64,000 bases of DNA from an uncultured Bacteroidales bacterium. GTDB lineage: Bacteria; Bacteroidota; Bacteroidia; Bacteroidales; VadinHA17. Below, in pieces: positions 1 through 10,680 of this stretch. Under the pieces are notes generated by a model, which did not search any database, was not told where the DNA came from, and was given only the letters and a program-made list of their open reading frames with translations. Position 1 is the first letter of the stretch, and each line of letters opens with the position of its first letter. Both the position numbers and the translations under genes were made by a program. The stretch spans positions 510,178 to 574,177 of the forward strand of contig CAVWPG010000011.1 of assembly GCA_963756885.1 (NCBI GenBank). Direction: 5' to 3'.

Positions 1-1148
1 ATGAACTCAGGCTGTGAAGGCATGCTGGTCGTACCCATACCTATTGTGGTAACGGCAGCTGCCTCTGTTCCCTCCTCATCCACTGCTACAAAGGTATTCT
101 GCTTTACAAAGGTCACGTAAATCGACTCATCGGAGATCCCCTGGAAATTAGCCAGCCCTGATAAAAAAGCGTCCACCATGCCCATTGCCTTCAGCTGGTC
201 ATTCAGGTATTTCTCATACGTGAATTTGAATTTCGGCATATATACTTTTATCTTCCCGTAATCATCAGTATTATCGAATCCTGAGGTAATAATATTCCAT
301 TCATCGGAGGTAAATGATGGATAGAACTCATCGAGGGTCCCTCCCGGGACGATTATGTCCATTGTAAAATTGGTCCGCCCGTACGGCAGCTCGGCTGCTC
401 TATAATTGCTTCCATTAACGATCTTAGCCCCTGTTTCCCCGTTCATCGTGGCGACATCGTTCACCTGTCCGCCATCGGGATAAAAGGGGCGGTCGCTGGT
501 AGCTGATTTGTCGAACCGGTTACTCCAGTCTCCCTTGAAGTAGAGGGCGTTCATGATGAACATTACGGCATCAGCCGAAATCTCATCGAGCACCTTTGGT
601 ATTTTTCCGGAGGTGTTGTCACTTGCCCAGCTGTTTATAGCCTGAAGAGACGAGGGAGCCGTAAAATCGAGTGCCCTGACCGTAGCTGTGAAGTCGCTGC
701 TCATAGTGTTGAGGAAGGGGGGCTTGACTGTAAATTCGTTCCGGTAGAATATTGCATTTGCAAGTGTAAATTTTACCATTGGATCAGCATTAAGCAACTG
801 GTCAATAAGGCTTTTATATGCTTCATTGATTTCGCTGATCGTCATTTCCGAGGGGTATTTGAGTGTTCCCTGCAGCTGTGTAAAGGTTTCGCCGCCGCAT
901 CCGTTCAGAAGCATTGTAAGGGCAGTGCTCGCGCTGAGAGGTGAGAGCATCAGATTTCGCTTGTCATCTTCAGAGACTTTTTTAAAGAGTTCTATTCCAA
1001 AATCATTACTGCTCTGAATTGCCGCCGGTGCAGCTTTTGTAAGTTCCAGGCTTTTCGGTGTAAGGTCGGGCTTCGGGGATTGTTTTTCACATGAAATGTA
1101 CATTCCCGTGAATGTTAAGCAAATAGCTAAAATGAGGATCCTTTTCAT
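1..1148 (-). CDS. Serpin-family protease inhibitor with lipoprotein-type signal peptide; the C-terminal end lies beyond the window edge (partial)
   Basis: Absent from the ORF track because there is no stop inside the window. Reverse complement from the ATG at 1148-1146 reads MKRILILAICLTFTGMYISCEK. It continues through LSPLSASTALTMLLNGCGGETFTQL and, near the window edge, FVAVDEEGTEAAAVTTIGMGTTSMP (serpin hinge EEGTEAAA plus reactive-centre loop). The frame stays open for 382 codons. Confidence 0.85.
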   Translation of the reverse strand, partial: MKRILILAICLTFTGMYISCEKQSPKPDLTPKSLELTKAAPAAIQSSNDFGIELFKKVSEDDKRNLMLSPLSASTALTMLLNGCGGETFTQLQGTLKYPSEMTISEINEAYKSLIDQLLNADPMVKFTLANAIFYRNEFTVKPPFLNTMSSDFTATVRALDFTAPSSLQAINSWASDNTSGKIPKVLDEISADAVMFIMNALYFKGDWSNRFDKSATSDRPFYPDGGQVNDVATMNGETGAKIVNGSNYRAAELPYGRTNFTMDIIVPGGTLDEFYPSFTSDEWNIITSGFDNTDDYGKIKVYMPKFKFTYEKYLNDQLKAMGMVDAFLSGLANFQGISDESIYVTFVKQNTFVAVDEEGTEAAAVTTIGMGTTSMPSQPEF

Positions 1149-1527
1149 TTTAAAAAAATTCTTTAATACTGAAAGCACTGATTAAACAAGGCTTTTAGAA
1201 CTAATACGTAAAAAGAAATGTAAACGCTGCAAACAGGGGATTTTTTTACGATGGCCGATATTTCCCGTCAAAGATGCAGTTAAGATGAAGGATTTTTGCA
1301 AATGAAGCCTTGGTGAGATAAAATTCTTATCTTTATTATATATATCTATATACTTAACATCCAGGATAATATGGGGTATTATTTTACAGATATGAAAAGA
1401 AATTTAATTATTTTTATTTTTGCCTTAATTCCAGTACTTAATTCTTAAGTATGTGTTCGGGTCATTGAATCTTTATGCAAGCTTTTAACATTAGCTTTCT
1501 AACTTTGTTTTAGGCATTGGTATCATC

Positions 1528-3972
1528 TTGAAGTATATAGCAAATCCTTTTCAGAGAATGGCCAGCCTGGTACAAGGATACGAATACGACATTTTTATTT
1601 CCTACCGCCACAATGATAACCGTTCTGGCTGGGTAACAGAGTTTGTTGCGGCCTTGCAGGAGGAGCTTGCAACCATTCTGAAGGAACCTGTCTCGGTTTT
1701 CTACGACACCAATCCACACGACGGACTTCTGGAATCCCACAGCGTGGACAAAAGTCTTCGGGGAAAACTTAAGTGCCTGTTATTTATTCCAATAATATCT
1801 CAGACTTATTGTGATACCAAAAGCTTCGCCTGGCAGAATGAGTTTTGTGTGTTTAATAAGCTTGCAAAGGATGATCAGTTCGGAAGGGATATCAGAATTT
1901 CAAACGGGAATGTGGCCAGCAGGGTATTGCCAGTCAGGATCCATGATCTGGATCCTGAGGATAAAGCGCTTCTTGAAAATGAATTGGAGGGGGCCCTCAG
2001 GAGCATAGAGTTTATTTTCAGGACTGCAGGAGTCAACCGCCCGTTGCGTGCAAATGAAGATCATCCCCGCGAAAACCTTAATAAAACATATTACAGGGAT
2101 CAGATTAATAAAGTTGCAAATGCTGTAAAGGAGATAATCAGCGGAATTAAAAGCGCAGAAATTGGATCCGATGATATCCTGCCCGTTAATTCTCCGATTC
2201 CTCAAACCGAAGGATTTCATTTTATAGGAAAATTAAAAAGCCGCAATGTTTTTAGGGCATGTCTTGTTTATTTACTCACCGCCCTTATATTCTGGAGGGT
2301 TCTGCTCATCGGTTCTGATCTGATGAAGCTGACAGAAAATTCTGTGAAACTGATTTGTTTATTGCTTATCGTTATGTTTCCTTTTGCAATGCTGCTGGCA
2401 TGGTTATATGAGAGAGGCCCGACAGGATTCATAAGAACCGGTTCTGTGGCTTCTTTGGAAAATCCCTTCAGCCATGAAAAAAAGAAACCATTAACAAGTA
2501 CGACTTTTATTGCATTATTGGTTGTGACCTCACTTGCAATTTTCCTCCTGTTTCCAATTGAAGGAAAGACAAGTACAAAGAATAGTGCTGCCAGGGAGGA
2601 AAAATCAATTGCAGTTCTCCCTTTCGAGAACCTGAGCAATAACCCTGAGAACGAATATTTCAGCAAGGGTGTGGTTGATGCCATCAACAGATATCTGTCG
2701 CAGATCAGCCAATTGAAAGTTATTTTGCTCACATCCTCTGACGTGTATAAAAACAGTTCCAAATCTTCCAGGGAAATATCAAAAGAACTTGCAGTCTCCA
2801 ACCTGCTCAAGGGAAGTGTTCAGCGATTCAAAAATATGTTCCGGATCGAGGTAGAGCTGATAGATGCTGATACAGAACAGCAATTGTGGGCTGATAAATT
2901 TGATCGTGAAATTGATGACATTTTTAAAATTCAGAGCGAAATTGCCGAGAGCGTCGTAAAAGCATTGAAAAGTACACTATCGGAAGAGGATAAGGCGGTA
3001 TTGAACGAGAAGATGACAAGCAACGCAAAAGCATATGAGCTCTATCTGAAAGGGAATTACGAGATCAGCACTTTTTCGAGAACCGGTATTCACAAGGCCA
3101 TCGATTATTTCAACCAGACAATTGATCTGGACCCGGGTTTTGCACTGGCCTACTCCGGGATCGGATCCTGTATAATGGCAAAAGCAGGTATTTTTGGAGC
3201 TGAATCGAATGCGCTCGATGCACTGTCAGAAGGCATACCCTATATAAATAAGGCACTTGAGTTAGACCCGGGATTAGCGGAAGCGCATGCCCAGAAAGGT
3301 TTCTATTTACTTTATAACAACTGGGACTTTCAGGGTGCTGAACAGGAATATAAGAAGGCAATTTTAACAAACAACAGCTTTGCGCTGGGTTTATATTGTG
3401 ATTATTTGAATTTCGTCAACAGACCTGAAGAGGCATTAATAATTGCTCAGAGGCAGAACCAGTCAGATCCTTTTAACCCTGGCACCAGAATGATCTTTCC
3501 TTTATTTTACCTTGGCCGGTACAAGGAAGCTGCTGAATTTACAAAATCCCGTCAGAAATTATTTCAGAATAATCTGGTCGGAGATGACGGGTTCCTGTTC
3601 CTGAATACAGGCCAGTATGATGAAGCTATCGAATCATTTGAAAAATCATTGAAAAAAGATGGGGTAAGATATCCGAGGATACTTGGGTGGCTGGGGGCAG
3701 CCTATGCACATTCGGGCAGGAAAGATAAAGCCATGGGTATAATTGAAGAACTGCAGGATCGGTGCAAAATAAGTCATGCGGGGTCAGTTGGTTTTTTCAT
3801 AGCTGTAATATATGCGGCACTTGGCAATAATGATGATGCAATGCACTGGCTGGAAGAGGCCTATAAATATCATGAAATGGAAATACCCTGGCTGAAAAGC
3901 GAGCCGCAATTTTATTCTCTGAAGGATAATCCGGAGTTCAAATCCTTACTGTTAAAAGTAGGATTTCCCTGA
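1528..3972 (+). CDS. Membrane-anchored TIR-domain protein: N-terminal TIR, three predicted TM helices, TolB-N-like periplasmic module, C-terminal TPR repeats
   Basis: YDIFISYRHNDNRSGWVTEFV is a TIR start motif, and SFAWQNEF (Glu about aa 105) has the S-x-W-x-x-E context. Hydrophobic helices lie at about aa 241-262, 274-294 and 325-343. KSIAVLPFENLSNNPENEYFSKGV is the motif typical of TolB-like N-terminal modules that precede TPRs. TPR-like repeats include AYELYLKG and ALELDPGLAEAHAQKG. Confidence 0.8.
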   Translation: MKYIANPFQRMASLVQGYEYDIFISYRHNDNRSGWVTEFVAALQEELATILKEPVSVFYDTNPHDGLLESHSVDKSLRGKLKCLLFIPIISQTYCDTKSFAWQNEFCVFNKLAKDDQFGRDIRISNGNVASRVLPVRIHDLDPEDKALLENELEGALRSIEFIFRTAGVNRPLRANEDHPRENLNKTYYRDQINKVANAVKEIISGIKSAEIGSDDILPVNSPIPQTEGFHFIGKLKSRNVFRACLVYLLTALIFWRVLLIGSDLMKLTENSVKLICLLLIVMFPFAMLLAWLYERGPTGFIRTGSVASLENPFSHEKKKPLTSTTFIALLVVTSLAIFLLFPIEGKTSTKNSAAREEKSIAVLPFENLSNNPENEYFSKGVVDAINRYLSQISQLKVILLTSSDVYKNSSKSSREISKELAVSNLLKGSVQRFKNMFRIEVELIDADTEQQLWADKFDREIDDIFKIQSEIAESVVKALKSTLSEEDKAVLNEKMTSNAKAYELYLKGNYEISTFSRTGIHKAIDYFNQTIDLDPGFALAYSGIGSCIMAKAGIFGAESNALDALSEGIPYINKALELDPGLAEAHAQKGFYLLYNNWDFQGAEQEYKKAILTNNSFALGLYCDYLNFVNRPEEALIIAQRQNQSDPFNPGTRMIFPLFYLGRYKEAAEFTKSRQKLFQNNLVGDDGFLFLNTGQYDEAIESFEKSLKKDGVRYPRILGWLGAAYAHSGRKDKAMGIIEELQDRCKISHAGSVGFFIAVIYAALGNNDDAMHWLEEAYKYHEMEIPWLKSEPQFYSLKDNPEFKSLLLKVGFP

Positions 3973-4496
3973 ACTCAGCTTATTCCATTCGAAATTTCAA
4001 ATCCAGCTTAATCTGTTGTCCGGGTTTACGGGTTTTTAATAAACCCATTATTAGTGTCTGTCAAAAATCAAATATCGTTCCTTCAAATCTTTAATACATC
4101 TATGTTATAGCGATTTTTGAGAGAATTACGGTAAATCAGGCGCACTATAAATGACTTTAGTCCTGCAGAATTGGGCTAAAGCCAGACCTTGGGCTGTTTC
4201 TTCACCCGTTGGCTAAAGCCATCGGTAACTGATTTCAACCACCAGTATTATGAACCAAGCTCCCCCTGAATTGTTGGTATCATTATATCAGGCACGAGCA
4301 TATTTGAATTCATATCACTCATTGGATGAAAGCATTATAAGACCGGTAACTGGATATCTGACATGGTGGCATAAACTAATTAAGGGCTTGTAATGCAGGG
4401 ATAATAAGTCTGGTTGCATTGATTGTGTGTCGGATGTTTTTTTTTGGAAGAGGGGAATGGAAACTTTAAAATCTGGTAAACTAAAAAATCAATCGC

Positions 4497-5549
4497 ATGA
4501 GAATTCCTACTGAGCCCATAGGGAGTATTCCGAGACCAACGGAACTTATTGATGCAATATTATCTCCCGTTATAGGGAAAGAGATAGAAAAACTCTATGA
4601 AAAAGCTGTGAAGGAAACACTCACAGGCTTTGAAAAAACAGGTTCTCCTGTCATTACTGATGGTGAGCAGACAAAGCCGAGTTTTTTGACATATCCACTG
4701 CATGGTTTACCAAATCTTGCGGAAGGGGGGATGCGGATTAATTTTTCTGACGGACATTTTCGTCAGCTGCCCGTTTTAACCAGTGGACCTTTTCGGTTTG
4801 CAAATTATGCGGAGCAGTATCTCAGGTATGCCAGGGGGCAGACAAAGAGCCCGTTGAAGCAGGCGGTGATTTCAGCATCGGCATTAAGCTTAATATACCC
4901 CCCTGATGGTATAGAGGGATATTCTCAGTCAGAATTTATTGCAGACTTAATAAATGAATGCGAAAAAGATATCAGACTTTGCCTGAAACAGGGTGCACAT
5001 AAAGTTCAGATGGATTTTACGGAAGGGAGACTTTCCCTGAAGCTTGACCCGTCGGGCGGGGTGCTGAGGCAATTCATTGACTTGAATAACAAGGTTTTTA
5101 ACCGCTTCTCGGCAGAAGAGCGTAAAAAATTGGGAGTTCATGTTTGTCCGGGTGGAGACCTTGACTCTACACACAGCGCTGATGTGGATTATACTGAATT
5201 TCTGCCGGCACTGTTTGATCTGAATGCGGGCAACTTTTACCTTCAGCTGGCAAGCGAACCTGACCATATAAAGGTTTTAAGGACCATTAAGGAATATCTT
5301 AAACCCAATCAGGTTGTATTTATCGGTGTTATTGATGTAATAAATCCAAAAATCGAAACTGCCGAAGAGGTACGAGACAGGATCCTGGAAGCTGTTGAAT
5401 ACATTCCTTTGAACCAGTTGGGAACTACCGATGATTGCGGATTTGCTCCCTTTTGCGATGATAAATCGACGGCCCGGGAAACTGCCTTCGCGAAAATCAG
5501 GGCCAGGGTTGAAGGAACGAAGCTTGCTGAAAATAAATTATTTTCTTAG
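4497..5549 (+). CDS. Cobalamin-independent methionine synthase (MetE C-terminal domain)-like family protein
   Basis: 350-aa ORF. N-terminus is MRIPTEPIGSIPRP. The C-terminal GTTDDCGFAPF motif resembles the Zn-binding Cys region of the MetE catalytic domain family. Confidence 0.65.
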   Translation: MRIPTEPIGSIPRPTELIDAILSPVIGKEIEKLYEKAVKETLTGFEKTGSPVITDGEQTKPSFLTYPLHGLPNLAEGGMRINFSDGHFRQLPVLTSGPFRFANYAEQYLRYARGQTKSPLKQAVISASALSLIYPPDGIEGYSQSEFIADLINECEKDIRLCLKQGAHKVQMDFTEGRLSLKLDPSGGVLRQFIDLNNKVFNRFSAEERKKLGVHVCPGGDLDSTHSADVDYTEFLPALFDLNAGNFYLQLASEPDHIKVLRTIKEYLKPNQVVFIGVIDVINPKIETAEEVRDRILEAVEYIPLNQLGTTDDCGFAPFCDDKSTARETAFAKIRARVEGTKLAENKLFS

Positions 5550-5755
5550 GGTATCCCCTTTACATGCATGGGAACGGAGAATAACAGCCATATTCCGGTT
5601 CCGGTAGTGGTTTAAAGCCGGAATTTGCCTGCAGGATCTGAAGGCATAAGTACTGTTTTGAGACCTGCCGGTTCAATAAAATTTCATATATTGATAGGAT
5701 AAATAATCCTGAGAGATCAATCACTTCGTTCAACCATAATTTTTATTCATTAATT

Positions 5756-6793
5756 ATGTCAAAAAGCATCCCGGTCCAGGAGGTCAGACAGGTGAAAAGG
5801 AATACAGGTTATTTACTGATCAGATTCATGCTCATACTGTCGATAGTTATTCAGGCTGTACCTACAAATGCTCAGCTCGTCGAACAGCAGGCTGTCATTA
5901 AAACTGATTATCTGATTTACTTTCCACCAGGCTACAGTCAGGACACTGCTAAAAAATGGCCGGTGATGATCTACCTGCATGGTGCCGGGTTAAAGGATCG
6001 CACGATAGAAGGACTTAAGGAAGATTATCTGCCCTGGCATTTGTCAAGGGACAAGGTACTCCAATTCATAGTTGTTTCACCTGTCTGCAGGACAAACGGA
6101 TGGAATATTACTCTTCTCAATTCCCTGTATGAGGACATAATTCATAAGTTCCATGTTGATACCGACAAGATTTACCTGACAGGCCATAGCATGGGCGGGT
6201 TTGGAACCTGGGACTGGGCGACCGGGAATCCTGAAAAGTTTGCAGCAATTGTACCGGTTTCGGGTTGCAGCAGCTCGACAGACAGCATAACTGCCTGGAA
6301 ACTGCGGAACATGCCGATATGGGTATTTCATGGCGATAATGACAAGGTTGTTGGTATTGAGTGCAACATTGAAATGGTAAAAGAACTGGAGAAATACAAT
6401 CATAGGGTAAAATTCACGATTTACCCCGGCAGGGGACATGATACATGGGAACAGACCTATACAAATGATGAAATGTTCAAATGGCTATTGGACCAGGACA
6501 GGAAGAAAAACAATCCTGTACAGGTTCATTTGGATAAGGCCATTTACAAAAAATATTCAGGGCAGTATATACTTGATGAAGATACAATTACTGTGGGATC
6601 TACTGGAGAAAGCCTTTATTTAAAGCCTTCGGCAGGAGACCATATTGATCTTCTTGCGGAGTCTGAACTGACTTTTTCCCTTGAGGATAATCCATCCGTC
6701 GGTATTATGTTCAGGAAGAAAAATGGTGCAGTAACAGGTTTTGTAATACTCGATAGCAGGGGAAGGTTTGCCAGAAGGACAGATAAGAACTAG
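5756..6793 (+). CDS. Secreted alpha/beta-hydrolase (esterase / prolyl-oligopeptidase-type) with an extra C-terminal domain
   Basis: Signal-like N-terminus. Nucleophile elbow GHSMGG. Later FHGDNDKVV and GRGHD are consistent with a Ser-Asp-His triad order. The C-terminal roughly 90 aa form a separate small domain. Confidence 0.75.
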   Translation: MSKSIPVQEVRQVKRNTGYLLIRFMLILSIVIQAVPTNAQLVEQQAVIKTDYLIYFPPGYSQDTAKKWPVMIYLHGAGLKDRTIEGLKEDYLPWHLSRDKVLQFIVVSPVCRTNGWNITLLNSLYEDIIHKFHVDTDKIYLTGHSMGGFGTWDWATGNPEKFAAIVPVSGCSSSTDSITAWKLRNMPIWVFHGDNDKVVGIECNIEMVKELEKYNHRVKFTIYPGRGHDTWEQTYTNDEMFKWLLDQDRKKNNPVQVHLDKAIYKKYSGQYILDEDTITVGSTGESLYLKPSAGDHIDLLAESELTFSLEDNPSVGIMFRKKNGAVTGFVILDSRGRFARRTDKN

Positions 6794-6947
6794 CAAGGCT
6801 TTATAACAGAGTGCATCAACTGTATATAATTCCATTGTAATCGGTAGTTCGGTTATTATGAAAATAATCGCGGGAATTTGAAAACCGGCCAGCTCAGAAT
6901 ATTGAAATATTGTTATGCGCCCTGATTCAGCAATGCATTTCTCAGAA

Positions 6948-7772
6948 TCAAAATGTGATCCCCATACAAAATGAAAACGATTTCTGAGAAACCACATCCG
7001 ATAGTTGCCCGCTATTATCCCTGGTGGTATCAAATAAGTTATTATCAAAACCGATACCCAAAGTAAATGCATTATTCCCGCCGAGAGGATATTGCATCCC
7101 TGCCATTACATGAAATGAAAGGTTGAAAGTATTCAATTCCGGCATTGCATTGCCACCGCTTATATTCAGTGAGGGTATCTCTGCCCTGGCTCCGATTATG
7201 ATCTTAGGATCGAACCCGAGATCTGTAAAAAACCTCCCGAATCCTATCTGGCTGGTCTGGAGTTTTACTCCCAGGGGTATTGAGAGATAAGTTATTTTAT
7301 ATGTAACAGCTTCTCCCGGCTGGACTGTAATAATGTTATAGCCATAATCCTTCAGTTCGAAGGTGGTGGCCTCACTGCTTATAAGCCTTCCCCCGGCTTT
7401 AATTATATTTATCCCCGAAGAAAAAGAATAGTTCGGGCTGAAATACCTGTTGTAGGTAAGGCCGAAATTAAATCCGGGAACCACCCCCTCATTGCGGGTA
7501 TAATAACTATCGGTTGAGAACCAGCTTATAAGGGGATCGAAGTGGATTCCCAGGCTGATTGCAGGTTGAGCGGCGACCCTGTTTATATACGGGTTGTTTT
7601 CCTGACGATATCTTTGTGCAGGCTGATATGGTACAATTACCGGATGGTAGGGTGGGGTACGCAGCCATGGATAATAGCCTGGCTGGGCGTCCGTATTCCG
7701 GAACATCAATAACAGGGAAACCGCGAATATAAATGCAAGAGTTCTGGCTGGGTATTTATGATAGATTTTCAT
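6948..7772 (-). CDS. Outer-membrane beta-barrel protein (porin-family-like)
   Basis: Signal peptide ending AQ. Alternating hydrophobic beta-strand pattern rich in G/N/F/Y. C-terminal residue is Phe (FCMGITF). Confidence 0.55.
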   Translation of the reverse strand: MKIYHKYPARTLAFIFAVSLLLMFRNTDAQPGYYPWLRTPPYHPVIVPYQPAQRYRQENNPYINRVAAQPAISLGIHFDPLISWFSTDSYYTRNEGVVPGFNFGLTYNRYFSPNYSFSSGINIIKAGGRLISSEATTFELKDYGYNIITVQPGEAVTYKITYLSIPLGVKLQTSQIGFGRFFTDLGFDPKIIIGARAEIPSLNISGGNAMPELNTFNLSFHVMAGMQYPLGGNNAFTLGIGFDNNLFDTTRDNSGQLSDVVSQKSFSFCMGITF

Positions 7773-8037
7773 TGCTTTCAGGTATAATTTAAAATATCAA
7801 CTAACGCCCGACAGTAGTATTAATGTTATTCTGAAGTATAAAAGCAAATATTAAGCCACGTTTTGGAATAAACTCATAATTAAAATTTTGCCTGGTTAAG
7901 CTCAATATTCCTTTTGCCTTTCTTAACTTTATATAAATAAATTCAATAAGAAGATCTGGAATTTCAATGTTATCCTATTCAGTATTGTTCCCTGATGATT
8001 TTATTTGTTGCCACAGTTACATACTATAAAGATTATC

Positions 8038-10527
8038 ATGAGAAAGTTTTCTCAGCTTCTTTTCTGCATTTTAATTCCTGTTTACTTAAATGCGCAGGAT
8101 TTGAAGAGCGAACTGGCTTTGAGGATAGAGAAATCGGGGGAAAATATCCCTGCAGACCAGTTGTTCCTTCAGCTTGACAGAAATCTCTATCGCCCCGGGG
8201 ATACAGTCAGGTTCCAGGGATATATAAGAGACAGCCGTACTGGAATTTTTGGAACGGAAAGCACTTCGCTATTTGTACTTTTAATTAATTCACAGCGCGA
8301 AACCATAGATAGTGCCAGGTTCAGGATAAACTCCCCGGTTGTTTCCGGATGGCTGGCCGTGCCTGAGAGTTCACCATCAGGAGGCTACTCAGTATTGGCA
8401 TTTACAAGCACGGATATGAATTTTAGTCCGGCTTATATTTTCAGTGCCCCGATCAAAATTGAAAGATTCTCAGCAAAGGGAAATCCACAAAAAAAAGTTG
8501 TAAAAACACCAGATTCGCCGATTTCTGAAAAACCATCTCAGAACTCCAGGATTGATTTGGGATTTTTCCCTGAAGGAGGCACATTTATTTACGGAATAAA
8601 GCAGCGAATTGCCTTTTATGCCAAAAAATCCAACGGCAGAGGTGCTGAAGTCAAAGGTGAAATATTGAATCAAAATGGAGAAAAGATCTGTGATCTCCGC
8701 TCTTCCTCATACGGATCCGGCATTTTTGAATTTACCCCGTTAAATGGGGATTATTATATTGCTTCTCTTGAGGGTAATGAGTATTCCGGTATGAAATTCC
8801 ACTTGCCCAATCCGGAACCTGAAGGAGTATCATTGCGTGTCAATAACACCGGTGACGGGTTGACTGACATTATTCTCAGAGGCAGAAAAATTGAAGGGAT
8901 TTCTTATCTGCTAAGCTTGACAATGAATAATGTTCTTGTATTTGCCGAAGATGTCAGGATGGACACGATATACAAAAAGAAATTACAAACCGATAAATTG
9001 CCGTCTGGCATAGCGTATATTTCATTATATGATAATAATTTAACTCTTATTGCAGAGAGATTGATATTAATAAATAATTACAAAAGGCTAAATATCAAAA
9101 TAGAAACATCATCATCATTTGCAAATCCGGACGAGGAAGCAGAGCTCACACTCTCAACCTTCGATGAGAAAGGAGACAGGATAAGTTCAGTACTGTCAGT
9201 CGCAATTATTGATTCCGCATCAGGTTGTTTTAATTCGATCGTTCCGTCTCAAATTGAGGATACATACCTGTATGACAGAAGTTTTTACGAAAATCTTCCC
9301 TTGCAGATAAAATCCATTGGATTACGAAATTTTGACCTGGGTTCAATTGATGTACTTCTTATGGCTTTTGGACATCGAAATTATCATTCACAAAAAGATA
9401 CTGAAAGTCCTGAACAGGAGTTTGTCAATTACGATTGCATTAAAATCCAGAATGAAGGGCTGCCTCTGACCGGGAGGTCTGCAGTTAATATGATCACTGA
9501 TGCCGGTCCGGATGTTATTTCGCTAAAAGTCAGCAATAAAGGAGAGGCAATTCTTAATTTGGATTCGCTCGACCCTAATGTCAGACAGATAATGTTAATG
9601 CCTGAAAATATATCATCTAAAATTATTAACTCCGTGACCTTCGAATTTCCTTCCAATAAAGAATTTATAGACAAGGCGAAACTACTGGCAAACTTCCCGT
9701 CAAATCCTGCTAATGATTTCCCTGTCATAGTTGAAGGGGAGGAAGGATCAAGCGATGATGATAATTTTATACCAGAACCCGGAGTAAATAACAGTGCACC
9801 GGGGGAGACTGAATCCAAAGAAGATAGCGACTATCATTCCGGGATGTATCAATCAACCGGGGCAATTACAGTATATGGGAAAGATTTTAGTCCGTCATCT
9901 ACCCTGGAAGATATAATATACCGAAGTAATCCCAACAAAATTGTTACGACATCAATATCCGCCGGGACAACAGGGAAACTTGTCTATCTGCGTAATGCAC
10001 CGAATTCCATTAAAGGACATGGTTCAAGTGATGATGGAATTCAACCCGCCTTAATTGTGTTGGATAACAATCAAATTGGAATTACTTATGAGTCTATTGC
10101 CGATATGCCTGCATCTCGTATAGCTTCTGTAACTTTTTTGAGAGGTACTCAGGGATTTACGTTGTACGGAACCAGGGCCATCGGAGGGGTAGTTTTTATA
10201 ACTACTAAATTTGGCAATGAGTTTAAAAAGGATAGACTGAGTACCGTTGCCAGGGAAAATCGCAATGATAATCTGTTTAAACAGGTAAGACTTTTCCGGA
10301 CAGAAAATGAATTTTATATACCGCCAAAAAGGGAGGCGGCTCCTGACCAGAAACATCTGATCCAGTCAACGTTGCTATGGAAAGACCATGTCGTAACTGA
10401 AGATTCAGGAAAGATCACAATTAAGTATCCAAACAATCTGAGAAGCAGAACTGCCATTATAGTAGTGAACGGGATCTCGATTTCAAATCTCATCGGTTCT
10501 CAGACATATACCTATGAAATCCAATAG
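8038..10527 (+). CDS. Large secreted protein with an MG2-like (alpha-2-macroglobulin) N-terminal segment and a TonB-receptor-plug-like C-terminal segment; function unknown
   Basis: Start moved to MRKFSQLLFCILIPVYLNAQ (signal peptide). LFLQLDRNLYRPGDTVRFQGYI is MG2-like. IASVTFLRGTQGFTLYGTRAIGGVVFITTKFG resembles the plug-domain signature. Confidence 0.5.
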   Translation: MRKFSQLLFCILIPVYLNAQDLKSELALRIEKSGENIPADQLFLQLDRNLYRPGDTVRFQGYIRDSRTGIFGTESTSLFVLLINSQRETIDSARFRINSPVVSGWLAVPESSPSGGYSVLAFTSTDMNFSPAYIFSAPIKIERFSAKGNPQKKVVKTPDSPISEKPSQNSRIDLGFFPEGGTFIYGIKQRIAFYAKKSNGRGAEVKGEILNQNGEKICDLRSSSYGSGIFEFTPLNGDYYIASLEGNEYSGMKFHLPNPEPEGVSLRVNNTGDGLTDIILRGRKIEGISYLLSLTMNNVLVFAEDVRMDTIYKKKLQTDKLPSGIAYISLYDNNLTLIAERLILINNYKRLNIKIETSSSFANPDEEAELTLSTFDEKGDRISSVLSVAIIDSASGCFNSIVPSQIEDTYLYDRSFYENLPLQIKSIGLRNFDLGSIDVLLMAFGHRNYHSQKDTESPEQEFVNYDCIKIQNEGLPLTGRSAVNMITDAGPDVISLKVSNKGEAILNLDSLDPNVRQIMLMPENISSKIINSVTFEFPSNKEFIDKAKLLANFPSNPANDFPVIVEGEEGSSDDDNFIPEPGVNNSAPGETESKEDSDYHSGMYQSTGAITVYGKDFSPSSTLEDIIYRSNPNKIVTTSISAGTTGKLVYLRNAPNSIKGHGSSDDGIQPALIVLDNNQIGITYESIADMPASRIASVTFLRGTQGFTLYGTRAIGGVVFITTKFGNEFKKDRLSTVARENRNDNLFKQVRLFRTENEFYIPPKREAAPDQKHLIQSTLLWKDHVVTEDSGKITIKYPNNLRSRTAIIVVNGISISNLIGSQTYTYEIQ

Positions 10528-10680
10528 TTGACAGAGCAGCCGGAAAAGTGAAATTAAACATTTTTTATTCAATAATTATGACCTCGTTAGCGTGGATATC
10601 GAAATTGAAAGGGTTACAATCCAGCCCTGAATAAAATACGGGAACAGAATTTATTTTTAGTATACTCATATCCCCAAGAA

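Noticed and set aside
4170-4230. Two GGCTAAAGCC-containing segments, and a similar GC-rich 18-bp hairpin at 63803-63841, might be regulatory.
   Set aside because: They resemble common GC-rich extragenic palindromes of Bacteroidota. There are too few copies here to infer a function.
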